A DNA stretch of 62,724 nt, the filler included, from Phoronis australis (taxonomy: Eukaryota > Animalia > Phoronida), in the NCBI GenBank assembly GCA_002633005.1. It is 5 parts of 5 records of this genome, joined end to end, with 100 filler letters (N's around TTAATTAATTAA, not from the genome) between each part and the next. Parts side by side here need not be neighbours in the genome. Positions count along the whole stretch, not along the records: positions 27,807 to 52,564 come from NMRA01000591.1; positions 52,665 to 56,041 come from NMRA01003057.1; 3 more parts are not named here. The stretch is one strand, 5' to 3'. Shown here one piece after another: positions 38,836-53,059 of this stretch. A model generated the notes under the pieces. The model worked only from the letters and a program-made list of their open reading frames with translations, ran no database searches and was not told the origin of the DNA. The position numbers were made by a program, and so were the translations under genes. The number at the start of each line of letters is the position of its first letter. Within the stretch, counting starts at the first letter, position 1.

Positions 38836-41073
38836 AAGTGCAGTTTGACACTGTCTCCGCGTCTTCTTTTTGCCTTTTTTCTTGAATAATACTTCGGAAA
38901 TCAAGGAAAATGCTTGATTTTTAGAGGAGCTCCCCTCCCGACCTCCCCCCATTCGTTGCTATGCGCGTCTACAATCGTGCTTGGAGCAAATGTTTACAGA
39001 CAAAATGTTGGGCCCCCACTTGTGATATCCTAGATCCGCCACTGTACATAATCGATACATAAGACATAACAAAGGATCGGGCCTTTCAATTCTGTTTTTC
39101 GCACTTGTAACTAGAGGTTGAACAACACAAAAAAGTAAATGGAATAAAAAGACAAGCCCTAGAAAAAAAGTTTTATTTCAAGAGGTACATACATGTAAAA
39201 GGACACAATATGTGACTGTCACTTGTGAAAACACTTTCCCTAGGTGGTGCTATTTATTATCAGAATTATGTGAAAACGGTTCCCTAACACAACTAGCATG
39301 ACACTAACACGACACCAGCATGGCATTTCCCTGGGAAATTTTTCTCTCATGCAACAAAAATGGTTTGCACGCAAAATTTTCTCCTAATTGAACATTCCAG
39401 CCTTGCTGACCAACCACTTTGAATGCCAGTCTGAGCTCATTTGTTAAGCTCTCAAGCTTACTTGCGAAACACCTGTCCCTTGCATGATTTCTAGTGTTCT
39501 GATGTGATCTTGCTTTTCTGCAAAAAAGGTAACTGGAACCCACCATACTGAGGAAACTGTTGACAAGCATGTTGCTCGGTGATGACTCAAAGTCCAGCAT
39601 CACTAAGAGAATTCAAGAATTGTTGTAGGGCCCTATTTTCATAAACGCCACCTAGTGATAATGAAACTCATTAACGATATGTATGTGAATTTAGCCAAAC
39701 ATGAACAAAGCTATAGATCTTCTCTCAGTAAAGGTAAATATTTTCATAAAAACAAAGAGAGTAGAACTTGATTTTTGAACTTCTACGAATCAGCCACTCA
39801 TTGGGTCACATGACCATGTTTTTAAATAAAATTTAGTAAAAAAGTAAGGTAGGCTGATGGCAAAACAACAATATCAATGACATGAACAAATTTTACTACA
39901 TCGTGAATACAAATGCACAAGTTCAAATCTCAAAAATGTTGTTCAGTTACAGGTTTCTAAGTGATGTTCTATTGCTATCATTCAACTTATGAGTTTTTTC
40001 ATGGAAACCTTGGAAGAACTACTTTTGATGGAACATTAAAAAAGCAATTCTAAACAGCATTTTGGAGGACAATGCATAAAACAAAGTATCTGAAAGTTTT
40101 ATGAAGTTTGATATGATTTTTCGAACTTTACCAAATTTGGACATCCCACATAACATTAGAACAAGGAAATCCCGGAAACACTCATTGCAAACATGGAATC
40201 AGTATGGCACAAAAATCTCGAGCCTGTATCAAACCGCCATAACACAGCTAAAGCTACAGACAATCCAAAACACTACCTTTCATTCGGACCACTTACTATT
40301 AAAAAAACGGGCGCTTATTAGGGCGAATATGGTACTATTAAAACCAGGGCCGAGTACCATAGACATTAGCAATACGTGGCACCTCGTTATTTTCATGCCA
40401 TGTTCACACCAACCAAACCGGGTTGTAATTTTTCCACACTTATACTTTTATTCACTCGCTATCTTTCACACAAGAGTTATTATAACAGTTACAACCGAGG
40501 TTCCTGGTTTCAGCCAACAGAAGTCAGTGTCACTAGGTGTCTTCAACACACACAAGAGGTTACAACAGTCAAACCAATGCAAACAACCATTCACATCATA
40601 ACGTTTACAACCCTCACTAAACAACCCATGCAGAGCACTGTAGCCTTGCTACAGTTAATATTGTTACAACAGGTTTTAAATCAGTTCACACTGAGAGTTA
40701 CAGCTGCTTTTAAACCAAGTAAAAAAAGTTCTAACCTCGTTGGTATGAACAGTATATAACTAGCTATTGGGCAAGCTGATTTATAGGGTGCAATATTGCT
40801 CAAGTCTGACCAATCAGGTTGTCCAATAAATGGCAACAACAACACTTAAGCCGCATTTACACGAGAGACAGCTGACCCGACACAGCTAACATGAAACAGC
40901 TGCTCCAGTGCAAGTCTGGGTGTAAAAACGACTGACAATGAGCAAGGGATTCCGCGGCAGCCAGTTAGAGCGAGTTACACTAGATCAGTTGCTCTGATGT
41001 CAACTACACCGTCTAAACACAACTGGGGCAGGGCGGAAATGGATAATTCATCTTTGACTGCGCTTGTGCTATA

Positions 41074-41603
41074 CAGGGCTTGGAATGACCAATGACAAAA
41101 AACGCGGAAACTTTGAAACTTTTACGGCCCAAATCATGCCCGATAACCAGCCTTAAATAAAATGGTCATTGTGAACCTTTCCGCCTTTCCCCGACAAAAA
41201 TCGGAAGGACCAAAAAAAAACAAAAAAAAAACAAAAAAAAAACGTTACCACCATCAGTAGCATGCGTCTGCGTCCTATTAGCTCGCCCCTCCACTCCCAA
41301 CCCACACATTTTTGGCTGCAGAGCGGTAGTATTTGTCGCCGCGCTTAACAGTAACACGAGACGCCATTGAATATCCCACCACGCTGTCCCAGATGCCCCG
41401 GCAATTTACGTTCCTCCGAAACATAAAGAGCAACTTCCACTTTTCGAGGTGAACGTTGTCTGCAACGCCGCGGTAGGAAAGGAATTTACCGCGGAAATTT
41501 TATATCAAATCTGATTTTTTTACGCGGAAATATTATAAAAAAAGCGGAAACCCCATTTGAAAAAAGCGGAAATCCACGTTTCCGCGGAAAATTCCAAGCC
41601 CTG
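41074..41603. mobile_element. hAT-like MITE (family B) with 6-bp TSD, probably within the FATP 3'UTR
   Basis: TIRs CAGGGCTTGGAAT / ATTCCAAGCCCTG; GCTATA duplicated at 41068-41073 and 41604-41609. Confidence 0.9.
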
Positions 41604-41943
41604 GCTATAGCGTGTATTCAGATGTTCAGCTGACATTCTGCGTGATTTGGACATTCACTATTGTTTATGTAAGCATGCGTTGACAGTCTTTGTGTAAGGG
41701 ACTACTGCTGATCCAGTTCACGAGCTTATGTCATGTAAATGCGACTAAAGTGGAGCAAGTTATGCCGCCAAAGCTGACACAGTGACAACTGTCTCTCGTG
41801 TAAAAAGGCGACTTTAGCTTGTTGATCTGTCTCCACTTAAGTACAGCTGCAGTAGACACACACACTAACCATGTGACTTAGCTGAGAGGATAGACCTCAT
41901 AAGAATTCTCGGCAATGTCAACCACTAACATCCGGCGGTGGTT

Positions 41944-44900
41944 TTAAAACCTGATCTTGCCCATTGAGATAGCACTGTGTGCGTGGCCGTCCAGTTTAAG
42001 GTACTGGCCGGACTTGTCCATATAGTAGATGGTGTCACTTGTATGGCTTGGGTCAAAACCCTTCTTTTGTAAGTCTACTTTCTTCAATTTAAAAGTACCT
42101 GTAAGAATGGAATATATGAAAGGGAAACATGACCATGTACATTTGAAAACCGATTAGAAGAATTAAAAATTTTCTTGCAAAAGTCTTTTTTGAAATAGAC
42201 AATTCATTTAATGATTAGTAGCCCTGTAACCAAACATGACTTTCTAAAACCGCTCTGAGGTGGTGGCGTGTAAATAGACAAGAGGTCGGTGTATCTAGAC
42301 CAAGAGATTTTAATAATAGTTGCAACAACACATGATTTAATAGAACAGCCCAGAAACTGCCGTAAGAATGATACCCTGTATAAGAGTTCAGAGAAGAATA
42401 CCTGAAATGTAATAAGTACATTGAAAGTAGACAATGCTTTCATCCATTGAAAATAGACAGCCAAAGCTAAAGCAATATGGGAGATTCGAAAACATATAAC
42501 AAGTTGTCAAAGACTACAAGTCAAAATCAACGACTACGTCTGATGGTAGTCATTTACCTGTAGTTTCCACGTGCTCCAACAGGCGGACGAAGACAGGTCT
42601 AGCATAGGCGGGCAGTCCAGACTTGTTCATTTGTTGACTGAACCAGGCCATGTCTAAAGTATGAGATGGGTCCACAATAGCAGCCATTCCTGCACGGCCC
42701 TCAACACCTGGAAACAAGAGTAGTGTCATGAGATACCAAATAATAGGAATCTGCAATGCATCAATAATGGCACCCTTTCCGTGCATCAACCTCAACACAT
42801 TCGGAAAGAAGAGGTTCACTGCAATGAACCCCCAGTAGATGTGGGGCCCGTTCCAAGAAACTGACTTCAGTTCGTTTTTGATTTAAGTCTAAGATTTGTC
42901 TTAACTTCCAATTTTGAAACTTCCAAATTCAGTAAATTTGTCAAAGTTAAGATGAAAGTTACATCAAACATTTAAGGGCTGTTCCAGCAAAATCTGTGAC
43001 GGAGGGGGGGAAGGCAACTGAAATAAAAATTTATGGGTGGTTGCGTTTGATTTAAATTCAAAATGGCTGATGGTCGTACTGCAAAAAAATAAAAATTTAC
43101 AGATTGTTGTTGTTTCATTGGGCCATAAATGTTTGATGGTGGGTAATTTTAGTAAATTTTATAAACAATCCGCACAGAATCAAAAACGGAAACAAAAATG
43201 CAACTCGCAAAAAGCTCTGACTTTTTCACTCCCTCCGATCTCCCCATCAGCATGCCCATAACACCAGTCAACCACAGACGCTCGAATTTCTCGATGGCTA
43301 ATAACCATATATAAGAAATATATGTTTTCTTAGTAATGAATGACGTTAGTGGTGATGGAGGAACAGATAACTCAAGCGCCTGTGCAGTCAACCACAAGAA
43401 CAAAAAAATATTACGGGTGGTTGCATTTCAAACTTATAAAAAATTACGGGTGGTAAGCTGAAGAAATAATTGAAAAATATAGGTGGTGTGTGCGAAAAAA
43501 AGGTGCCTTCCCCCCTTCCCATACAGATTTTACTGGAACAGCCCTAAATCAAACTTAAGATCTCTCTCTTGAAATGGTTTTCAAACAAATTTAACTTTTA
43601 TTTTAAAATTAAGTGAAATTTAATAATTGTCTTGGCTAAGTCAGTTTTGTCATCTAGTGTATTGGATGGGTCAACGATGATGGCCATTTCTGCACAACCC
43701 TTGCCCCTTACGGAAACAAGACATAATTCCAAAATGTGTTTTTCAGCGTTAGCACAGATTCTGTAATAGCATAGTACCTGCAAAGCACAATATGTTCACC
43801 TTTGACAAAGTGGTGAATTCAACGATACTCACCAGGTATCTCCACACCATACACGACAGCCTGTTCCAGCTTCACTATGTTCGATATAGTGGCCTCTACT
43901 TCAAATGTCGACACGTTTTCACCCCGCCACCTAAAGGTGTCACCAGTGCGGTCACGGAAATACAAGTAGCCAAACTTGTCCATCACACATACATCACCTG
44001 AAGCAAAATAACGACCAAGTGCAAGGGAGATAACTGACACAAGAGGAGAGCAAAGCATCCTGTAAAGGTAATACATTTTAAAACGAAGTACAGACAATTT
44101 AAGCAACTCTTCAATAGTTCTTGTCCACATAATTCTCACCGTTTCTTTCATTAACTCAACCAAGCTGATACTAATAAAAATACCAACACCTGACGATATC
44201 GAAAAAGGCGAAATACCCATCGGAGCTGGCGACACAACCTCAACAAACCTTTCTACAGGAATGCCCTCCGCAGTACTTTTTCTACTTTAGAAAGACCGAT
44301 TACCCCCAAGATAAACCTGTAACTTTGCCATCCGATCCATGCAGTAGGATTGTGAATCAAACTGAGACATTTGTTCACTCAGTATCTCCAGGGTATTTTT
44401 TACCAAAGCCAGGCCACTCAACAACCAATCTGTACACAAAACTTGATTTTGAAAATGGTGCAATTAAGAAGCATGCCTTCAAACAACTGGGTTTTCACAG
44501 CCACTTCAACAGTGAGGAAGGCTGGCAACTGTATACCAGAGACTGACCTGTGAGGAAGGCCGAGTCTCCCTTGCTGAAGACATCTCTGGCCACTTTCTTC
44601 TGAGTTGCTTTCTGATCAGCGTATCCATCAAACTCTCTCAAGGGGTCGCCTTTGATGATCTTCCCCACCAGCTCACCAGGTTGCTCTGACAACAACAAAA
44701 AGGCAAGTCAGGTGACAAACGAGCAAATTATAAAACAATAAGAATAATGCTAAAAGTAATAAAAACAAAAGAAACAATAAATGAAGATTAAAGAAAAAAC
44801 AATATCCCGGAATCTAAAAAACTTGAAGGGAATTGCGTTGAGGGGAAACCCCCTTCTACCCAGTCGCCAACCATCATCAGCAATGCCTCAAGAAGCCAAA

Positions 44901-47900
44901 ACTAATGTTTTGAAGATTTTGAGAGGAATTTTCTAATCATGGGAAGGGAAATTTTTGATCTGATAACAGGAAATTCTGTAGAATAGTTTATATCCGTGGG
45001 CATGGAGGCATTGAAAGCCCTGTAATATTCCACAGTGAATGCAGTCACACATGAGATGGTGGGTTGCTTTCTAGCCTGCACAATACTGCAATTTCTCACA
45101 ACATGGAACACATGCCTGAGAAAATCTCAACTATTGCAATATGATGTCAACTACAGTAAGTGGTACAATTAGACAAATGCAACCCAAACAAAGAACAGGG
45201 GAATTACGAAACAAAACATTTTGGTTTGAGAAGATTGAAACATTAACTCAGTCTCGAAGGTTTGAGTGGCTGACAATGGGACGAATAACCCATGATGGTA
45301 ACATACATTATTTCTAAGTAGAAGTCTTATACAATGAGCAAATGATGGTCAATGTATTGATTAGACGTAGCCAAAGTGACATAAAGGTTTATCGGTTTAA
45401 CTTTGGCATAAGCACACCTCTTCAGTCTGACTCTTCATAGCTCTTAGGGTATGTAGAGTTAATGACCTTTGACATTGCTCCACCATGGTGTAAGGGGCAC
45501 CAGTGCAAAGCTGCCCTAGCAACCACATGCTGCGCCAATTAGACTAAATAGCATTTCTAAGGGGCAAGAGGGTGTCAGGTGAAGCATGGCTCACGCCTCT
45601 AGATGTAGTCATGGGGGGTAGGCCCATCAGGGCCAGGCCACCCTGTTCATAGCAAAAGAGACCCTCTCCCTGTCAAAACCCATTCCAATTGTCCCTCTTT
45701 CAAAAAGAGTTCCCCTGGAGGTGCCATCCATTTAAGAGCACCCCCAATTTCACGTGAGGGACCCCCCATTGTTGGTCATTGAGTAGTGCACCTCGTCTCA
45801 CTAACCACAGGCCTAACCATCCGTACACACATTCCCTAAGCTTTCATGGCTTATACCCTTATATAAGGATATAATAGCGAACCAAAACAAATATAAAAAT
45901 ACTATAATATTTTCACAAGTGAAGCCATCATAATGAAATTGAATTGCCCTACTTTCTCACCAGGTCCACACTTTATACACAAGCCCCTCTTGTTGCGGAT
46001 GGGTTCACCATTCTCGTCGACCCGTATCAAGGTTACTGGGTAGAGAAATGAAGCTATCTGGGTGAGGAAGCCTACAGCTCCGACTGTGTTATCTGTGTTC
46101 ACTGTAATGGAAGAATAAATAGCATTAAGTAGCGATAAACTATCAAAAATAGGACTTCCGTGATTTTCGAGAAAAAAATCTAAAGTTGCATAAAACAAAA
46201 AACATAACTTTAATTTAGAAAATTGAAACGTTGCTTCCGAGACATCATCTTGAAATTCACGGTATATCAAATAAAATTTGATCCGACATGTTATTGATAC
46301 TGTTGTTTTGCTTTCAATGTTCTCTTTTGCTAAATTTTACATTTATAGAAAAATATGTCCTCGCTACACGATTCATGGTATATTAACAAAATGTTTAAAA
46401 AATCAAAATCTACAAGCTTTCCACTTTCAGAAAATATACAGTTTTATCAGGTTAAAATAAATCTATAATTCTGTAGATATTTGGCTAAGGCGCAGACTAG
46501 TCAATATGGTCCTAATTAACTTTAATGTGTTGAAGACTGCACTTCCTGAGCTCACCTAAGTTTGCATTGCCCTCTGTCGCCCCGTAGAACTCTCCGATTC
46601 TCTGTATGTTGAATCTGCTCATAAACTCTTTCCATATCTGAGGTCGCAAACCATTGCCAAAGGCTATTCTAACTTTGTGCGATGTCTCAGCAGGACGGAA
46701 TGGTTGAGCAAGCAGATACCGGCATATCTCCCCAATGTACTGGATGACCTGATGAATGGTATGGAAGTATCAACCACTGCTTTTATCAAATGATATTTCA
46801 ATATTTTAAAAATATTTTTAAGAAATTTAATGATTTACAGGCCCGTTATAAGTTATACTATACTGATGAAATTTCTTACAGTAAAATCTCGTCAATTTAG
46901 GACAGCTGAATTTTTATTTTCAAATTTTTTGATACAAGACACAGAGCACAGAATTAATGCATTACCATGTTCAAGTTTCTTATAGTATCATCCATCACAC
47001 AAAATTTTGAAGCCTGGACACTCACAACGATGTAAAGAAGACCATAAAAAAAGAGAAAAGGTGAAGTTTTGGCAATCAATCTCGACAAAATTATTGAGAT
47101 ATTACCGCAACGAAACTAAAGGAGAATATCACCATACATCACATATTTATGCCCATAGTGAACATCTCCTTTCTTCATAATGGTTTTTTCCAAACAAATC
47201 TGTCTACTCATTAGCATTTTGCATCTAGATGCATTGGCAATGGTCACCCATAGGGGTCCTGAATTTCGAGAACCAGTTCAATGCCCATTATTCAACAGAG
47301 AGAACTGGTTCCTAAAATTCGAGATCCCTGTCAGTGGCTGTTGCCAGTGCATGTCCCTAATCATCACTTACAGCTGTAAGTGGCGATACTGTGCATATGT
47401 GGACTGGATATAACTGTACTTGTAGTACAATGGAACTACGCATAGTCAGTGGCCTGGATCCGCTAGATGTATTTAGAGTACACAGAAACTGTGTATACAG
47501 AAAAAAGTAGACCCAATAGTGGTATCACAACACCTTGCACTACATACAGCATGCTTGCCAACTGTGACGAAATTGACAAATTACCTTAACTGTGTGCTTT
47601 TCCACACAATTTTACTCAATGACATTTCCTTGTTCCATTTCAAAAAAATCATTCTCGTCGTCGGAATATCTTGGATTACCCCTTCCTACATATCCCAGAT
47701 TAAGATGTCCAGCTCTTTCATTTTTGAATGTTGGCAACTACGTACATAAGCAGACCTAATAAGAGGATCTCACAAGTGGCTCAGACGTCTGCACTTACTG
47801 TACATTGGTACTGGACGCAGTCAGTCCAGAAGTTACTAGCCGAGAACTTCCGTCTTACAACGACTGTTGAGCCATTCAGCAGGGCCTGTCCCACTCCCAG

Positions 47901-50900
47901 AATCCCACCTGCTGTGTGATAAAGAGGTAGCGTGTCGTAGATGACGTCCTTGTCAGTCATACCAAAGAACAGCTGTAGAGACTTGCTCATGTAGTAGTAC
48001 CTGTAAATGTAGTAATTGACCCAAGCGTTATATGAGGTGGCGTAGAGTCGAGTGTGGTAGGTTCAAATCCCACTGGACCCCCCTTGAGTCAGGTCACTAG
48101 CTACTCAGCTCCCTTGCACTATTTTTATTCATATAAATAAGCATGGTGTTATAAATCATGTCCAAAACACCATGTAAGAGGCAAAACTACTGCTGCAAGT
48201 GAAAACCAGTTAAAATTTTATATAAAACAACAGCGTATTATTCTTCCATTGTTCATATGAGTCGTATAACAAACTCCTCTCGCATTCACTGGATATGGAA
48301 TGTAACTTTGATTTATACTGTGTTCGCAGGATGTGTAACTCAGTAAACAATAGAGGCATCACATTCAAATCACATAACACAATACAATAAACATCCAGTG
48401 TTTCATCTCACTCGAGACATCATCACAGACGATACATTTTAAAATGGCCATGATCCAACAGCAGACTGAGATACGTGGGAGATCAACTAAATACAGTGAA
48501 ACATGGGAGATCAATCACATATTCACCCGTTCAAAATTGGTTTTACTATACCTCGTAATGACATCAAATTTAACTCCACCTACCGGCTGTGTATGACAAC
48601 GGCTGGCTTGGGTAATCCTGTTGTGCCCGATGTGTAAATGTAGAAGAGCTTATCTATAAACCAAAAATACAATCGTGTGACTGTAAAAGTTCTTAAAGTT
48701 AGGGCAAAAATAAGTACTGAAATTTCCATATTTCTTTTTTTCCGAGGCTTACCACATTGTTGCAAATGCTCAAAATTTTACTAAACATTCTTTGGTAATA
48801 TCTGTGCCATGCTATCACATGCTAAAAGCAAAGTGCATTTTTCTTAAAACTTGTTTTTCAGGAGACATTCGACAAAACGATATTTCATATGTCCGCCAAA
48901 TATCGTCCCAAACTGAAGATTTTTTTTACTGTATCCCTGACATCATCGAAACATAGATATTTAAACAATAACCTTAAGACTACAGGTACATGTAGGACCA
49001 TAGAAAAATTTCGAAACTTGGCTAACTCTGGAACATATCTCAGCAATGACAAACGGAGTCATAGTAAACTTTCAGACACGGTGTTATGCTCCGTTCTGTT
49101 TTTAAAATGTTCCCCTTTTGCTGGGGAGCTATTAAAAACTTCTACGTTTTTTACGAAAAAGAACTTAAAAGTCTCACATGATGAAAACAAAATAGTAACT
49201 TAGAAAACAGTATGACTGACAGCATTTTTGAGATTTCCTCTTGAACATTTATGTCAAACTAAATCTGGTCATGTTTTTTGATATCAATGTCCATCTCTTT
49301 TTCAGCTAACTTTTATTGAAAACCCGTGTTCACGTGACCCAATTAATGTAAAATTGGTATAAAATCAAAAACCAAATTACACAGTCAGGTCTCTTACATT
49401 CAGAAAATATAATCAGGCTTAGTATACTTGGTACACACTTAGTATACTTGGTACACACTTAGTATACTTGGTACACACTTAGTATACTTGGTACACACTT
49501 AGTATACTTGGTACACACTTAGTATACTTGGTACACACTTAGTATGCTTGGTACACACTTAGTATACTTGGTACTCGGTTAAATACACTTCATGTAGATA
49601 ACATCCTACATCGCCACGTCATAATTCAATACAAAAAATTAATATATTATTTATCTAAAAAGTTCAAAGTGGTAATCCAGGCAAAGAGATAGCATTCTTA
49701 ACAATGATGTATATAGCAATAAATCAAGCGCATGACTAAAACCTCATGTATCATGAGATTAATGCATACCATTGAAGTTAAACGTATGATTATATACTGG
49801 TGGATGCGTGCTGCCTTGTTCCATAATTAGGTCAAGGGGCGTGGCCATGATCAAATTGTTGTCATAGGGACCGCTGCAGTACAGTTTGATGCTCTTTTCA
49901 AATGAAGGCATTACTTCCAACAAAGCTGGAAAATCAAAACGTTTACATGAATTTTACTAAACATCTGTAAACCTATAGTATGTACTACTGGGTTTCATTT
50001 GAGTGATGAATCCCTTTTGGACAAAAATGATTGTACACCATGTCAAGGTACAGTTCTTTAGTTCTAAAAGGGATCTTTACTCAATATTTTCATCTGTAAA
50101 CATTTGTCAAATCTTTTTGTGTTTTACTAAACAGGTTCTGTAATAATTTTCTACCATCACAACCAAAAATTGAGAACGTAACTTGACAGTTTCACCGAAT
50201 GCCATGTGGCTTGATCACAATAAATTCGACAGATGGCGCATCATGTTGCCAAGGGGATGTGTAGTACCGTTGTCTATCACTAGTTTATTGTAGGATTGAC
50301 ACAGCGTAAACTGTCCCTCGTCTTTGTTCAGAATGGATGGAGTTGTCGGAATGATAAATATGAACAGAGACAAGGGAAGTTTCACACTGTGTCACTCCCA
50401 CGATAGATTCCGACTGATAGATAATGGTACTCCACATCCTCACCGCAACATGATGCGCCATCTGTCGAATTAATTGTGATCAATCAGAATGACATTTACT
50501 TTAATTGTCAATATGTGCTTTCAGTTTTTGGCCATGATAGTAGAAATTTATTACTTACTTATCACTGCGTTATTATGACAATTTCCGTTATTAGCACTTA
50601 GCTAAATGTTTAAGAAACATTAAAATGTTGCAAACAAGCGAAATTTTGTGCATTTGAAGTCACAAAAATCAAGGACTTCACAAGGCATTCAAGTAGACAA
50701 TCAATCGCGGGTATGTTGTGTGGAGTATTTTCCTTGCCAAAAGCAAGATAGCACATCACATAACATCAGATTAGAGCTGATGACCCTTGACCCATGTCTG
50801 TTCTCCCCCAGTGGTGCCTTGAGAAACAGACTAAATTGCATAATTCAAAGTGGTTCTCTGCCACTGAAACAGAAGTCAAACTGTTGAACAGGAATTTTTA

Positions 50901-51933
50901 CAGTTTGCTCGAGAAGACTTTGAATTTCTTCAAATGGCAAAGTATTCTTCTTTTACTTTCAAATTTATAAAACAACCTTTCAACTGGTCGTCGCTTTGTC
51001 AAATTCCTCCCAAAAGGCAAAGCACCTTTCCTTATTCAGCAAGGCAAGACATAGACCTAGTTATGACAATACGCTTAAATGGATTATGTGACCTTTGACC
51101 TTTGGTGCAAACAAAACAATGGTGATTTCAAGTAGCAGCTGATACGGGTTCTTTGAGCGCATGCGCACATATCTATTGTTAGGGGCGCAAAATTTGAAAA
51201 CCGTATTGAGACGAAAGAGTATTTATTTCACCTCAGTTTCAAAAATAATGAATCCAATGATTTGTTCTAGAAATTCTTGCACCAACGTGAATAACTCTCA
51301 CATTAGCATCACCAAGAGCAGATTCGCCATGATCCATTTAAAAGGTATCTTTTAAGAGTTTTCACATTCCATGCCTTTTTAAAAGTCTAAAACATTGGCA
51401 ATCAAACACTCTGAGGAAAACCTTCAAAACTCTGCGAAAACTTGTAAAATCTAGTCTACTTTCAATTCTAAATAGTTCAAAACCAGTAAAAATAAAGAGA
51501 GAAGAATAGCTAAGTGATGCTTTTCAATAGAAGTGTGTTTGTACCTGCTGATAATTCAGAGCCATATATAACCACCTGTGCATGGCACGCTCTTATACAA
51601 TGAAGGAGGGATTCTTTCCTCAGATTAAAGTTGATCAGAGACGGGATAACACCGATTTTAGCCAATCCCAGCCACAGACAGACGAACTCGGGTCGAGACT
51701 CCATGAATACAGCCACCACATCACCAGGCCGATATCCCGCCTCGAAGAAATAGTTAGCGATGGCATTAGATGCCTGGTCCACTTGATTGAATGTCCAGGC
51801 GCGACCGTCGCATATAAACGCTGCCTTGTTATGATACTTTGCCACAGTCTTTTGGAATAGATAAGGAATGCTCCCTTTGTTCTTCCTGAGGTTTTTTATG
51901 CATAGTTTAACATACAGCATTATGCACAAAGCA
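41944..51933 (-). CDS. Long-chain fatty acid transport protein / very-long-chain acyl-CoA synthetase (FATP1/4-like, SLC27A family); first exon missing
   Basis: Ten phase-consistent exons: 51933-51545, 49925-49770, 48653-48584, 48000-47799, 46748-46556, 46101-45961, 44685-44548, 43997-43833, 42707-42558, 42098-41944. Motifs: [57 protein letters not shown]. Candidate AATAAA on minus at 39177-39172. Confidence 0.95.
42975..43544. mobile_element. PIF/Harbinger-like MITE (family A, copy 2, inverted)
   Basis: Same TIRs as 17279-17836, flanked by TTA/TAA. It interrupts another small inverted-repeat element (about 42846-43580). Confidence 0.85.
49418..49574. repeat. 20-bp minisatellite, about 7.8 near-identical copies
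   Basis: Unit cttagtatacttggtacaca. Confidence 0.95.
50141..50555. mobile_element. Foldback MITE
   Basis: ttgatcacaat.aattcgacagatggcgcatcatgttgc is mirrored by gcaacatgatgcgccatctgtcgaatt.attgtgatcaa, and the symmetry extends outward. Confidence 0.8.
50980..51382. mobile_element. Kolobok-like element end (family E, copy 2)
   Basis: Ends ttccatgccttt|TTAA; homologous to 35053-35416. Confidence 0.55.
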
Positions 51934-52339
51934 CTGGAAATAAAAATATAACAGTCAATCACTTAAATGGACACTAAACCTGGAATTTATCTATTACTGT
52001 CTAGAACTACTGGTACCAAAGACTTGCTTATTTAAAAGTGAATGTTCAGTTGACGCTGCCCATTTTCACAAGTTTGAAAATACCTTGTGACGTCTGCTAA
52101 ATTGACAACTGTGACTAACGCTTGACACAACCAATATGGCGACTGTAGGGAAAGATCATCTATGTCAAACCACAAAATCCAGCTGATGATACAATGGTAA
52201 TTAAAATAATTGTCTTGATTGAATAATAGTTATGGCTCAGAGAAGGCGATTGGCCCTGCTTTTAGTGAACATGCCAAAAGGCCTGGTTTAGTAGTTCAGT
52301 TGCTTGGTATGACTACAGTATTTCACAAATTCTTTACTT

Positions 52340-52564
52340 ACAGCACACATCACGAATTTTTGGCCGACCGGTCGGAAATTGGTCGACGACCGGCCGTCGA
52401 CCGGTCGTCTAGCCGACCAGCAGCCGACCAACAACGGTCGGCTAGGAGCCGTCTGCTGAGTCGCCTCTGTGGTCGGCACTTGGGTCGGCTAAATGGTCGC
52501 CTAGCGTAGACGACCAATTCGGATTAAGCGTGTCCTTGGTCGGCAATTACCATTTTATGACTTA
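52340..52564. mobile_element. CpG-rich subterminal repeat region of a DNA transposon, truncated by contig end
   Basis: Dense CGACC/GGTCG motifs in both orientations. Confidence 0.5.
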
Positions 52565-52664
52565 NNNNNNNNNNNNNNNNNNNNNNNNNNNNNNNNNNNN
52601 NNNNNNNNTTAATTAATTAANNNNNNNNNNNNNNNNNNNNNNNNNNNNNNNNNNNNNNNNNNNN
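52565..52664. other. Artificial contig-joining spacer
   Basis: 44N-TTAATTAATTAA-44N. Confidence 0.95.
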
Positions 52665-52666
52665 GA

Positions 52667-53032
52667 GGCTACATCAGCGAAAAAAAAATGTGGATGCAAG
52701 CGTTTGACAGTTATGCAGTGCCAGTAGTAATGGGAGCCTACAAAGAGGACTATGTTAAGGTAGCACCTCCGAATTCTTTCATTCATGTTGATGATTTTGA
52801 CTCTCCCAAGTCTCTCGCTCAATATTTAACTGTAGTTGGGAAAAACGAGACTGCATACAACTCATTCCATGCATGGCGTAAAGAGTGGACGTATCAATAC
52901 GATTTTAGGATGTTGAGTAAAAAAGGATACGTGTGGAAAAGTGTGTGCGACGCTCTTGATAAAAGATGGAATAAAAACCTTCGTGATATAACAGGATTAG
53001 TGAAAAGGACTGTTATCAAAATGCATGGATAA
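52667..53032 (+). CDS. Alpha-1,3-fucosyltransferase (GT10) C-terminal fragment, possibly a pseudogene
   Basis: GYISEKKMWMQAF..YAVPVVMGA..EDY..VAPPNSFIHVDDFDSPKSLAQYL.....NETAYNSFHAWRK matches the GT10 motif. The 5' end is cut by the spacer. Confidence 0.85.
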   Translation, partial: GYISEKKMWMQAFDSYAVPVVMGAYKEDYVKVAPPNSFIHVDDFDSPKSLAQYLTVVGKNETAYNSFHAWRKEWTYQYDFRMLSKKGYVWKSVCDALDKRWNKNLRDITGLVKRTVIKMHG

Positions 53033-53059
53033 AGAAGAACTAATACTTCCCATTACATG

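Noticed and set aside
38768-38840. tRNA gene
   Set aside because: A and B boxes are present, but there is no acceptor or anticodon stem pairing. It is a tRNA-derived repeat, as are 18410-18485 and 48056-48085.
40101-40759. 166-aa and 127-aa ORFs
   Set aside because: No recognisable motifs; they lie antisense to the probable FATP 3'UTR.
49418-49574. Regular short repeat resembling a CRISPR array
   Set aside because: Units are contiguous with no unique spacers, and the context is a eukaryotic intron; it is a minisatellite.
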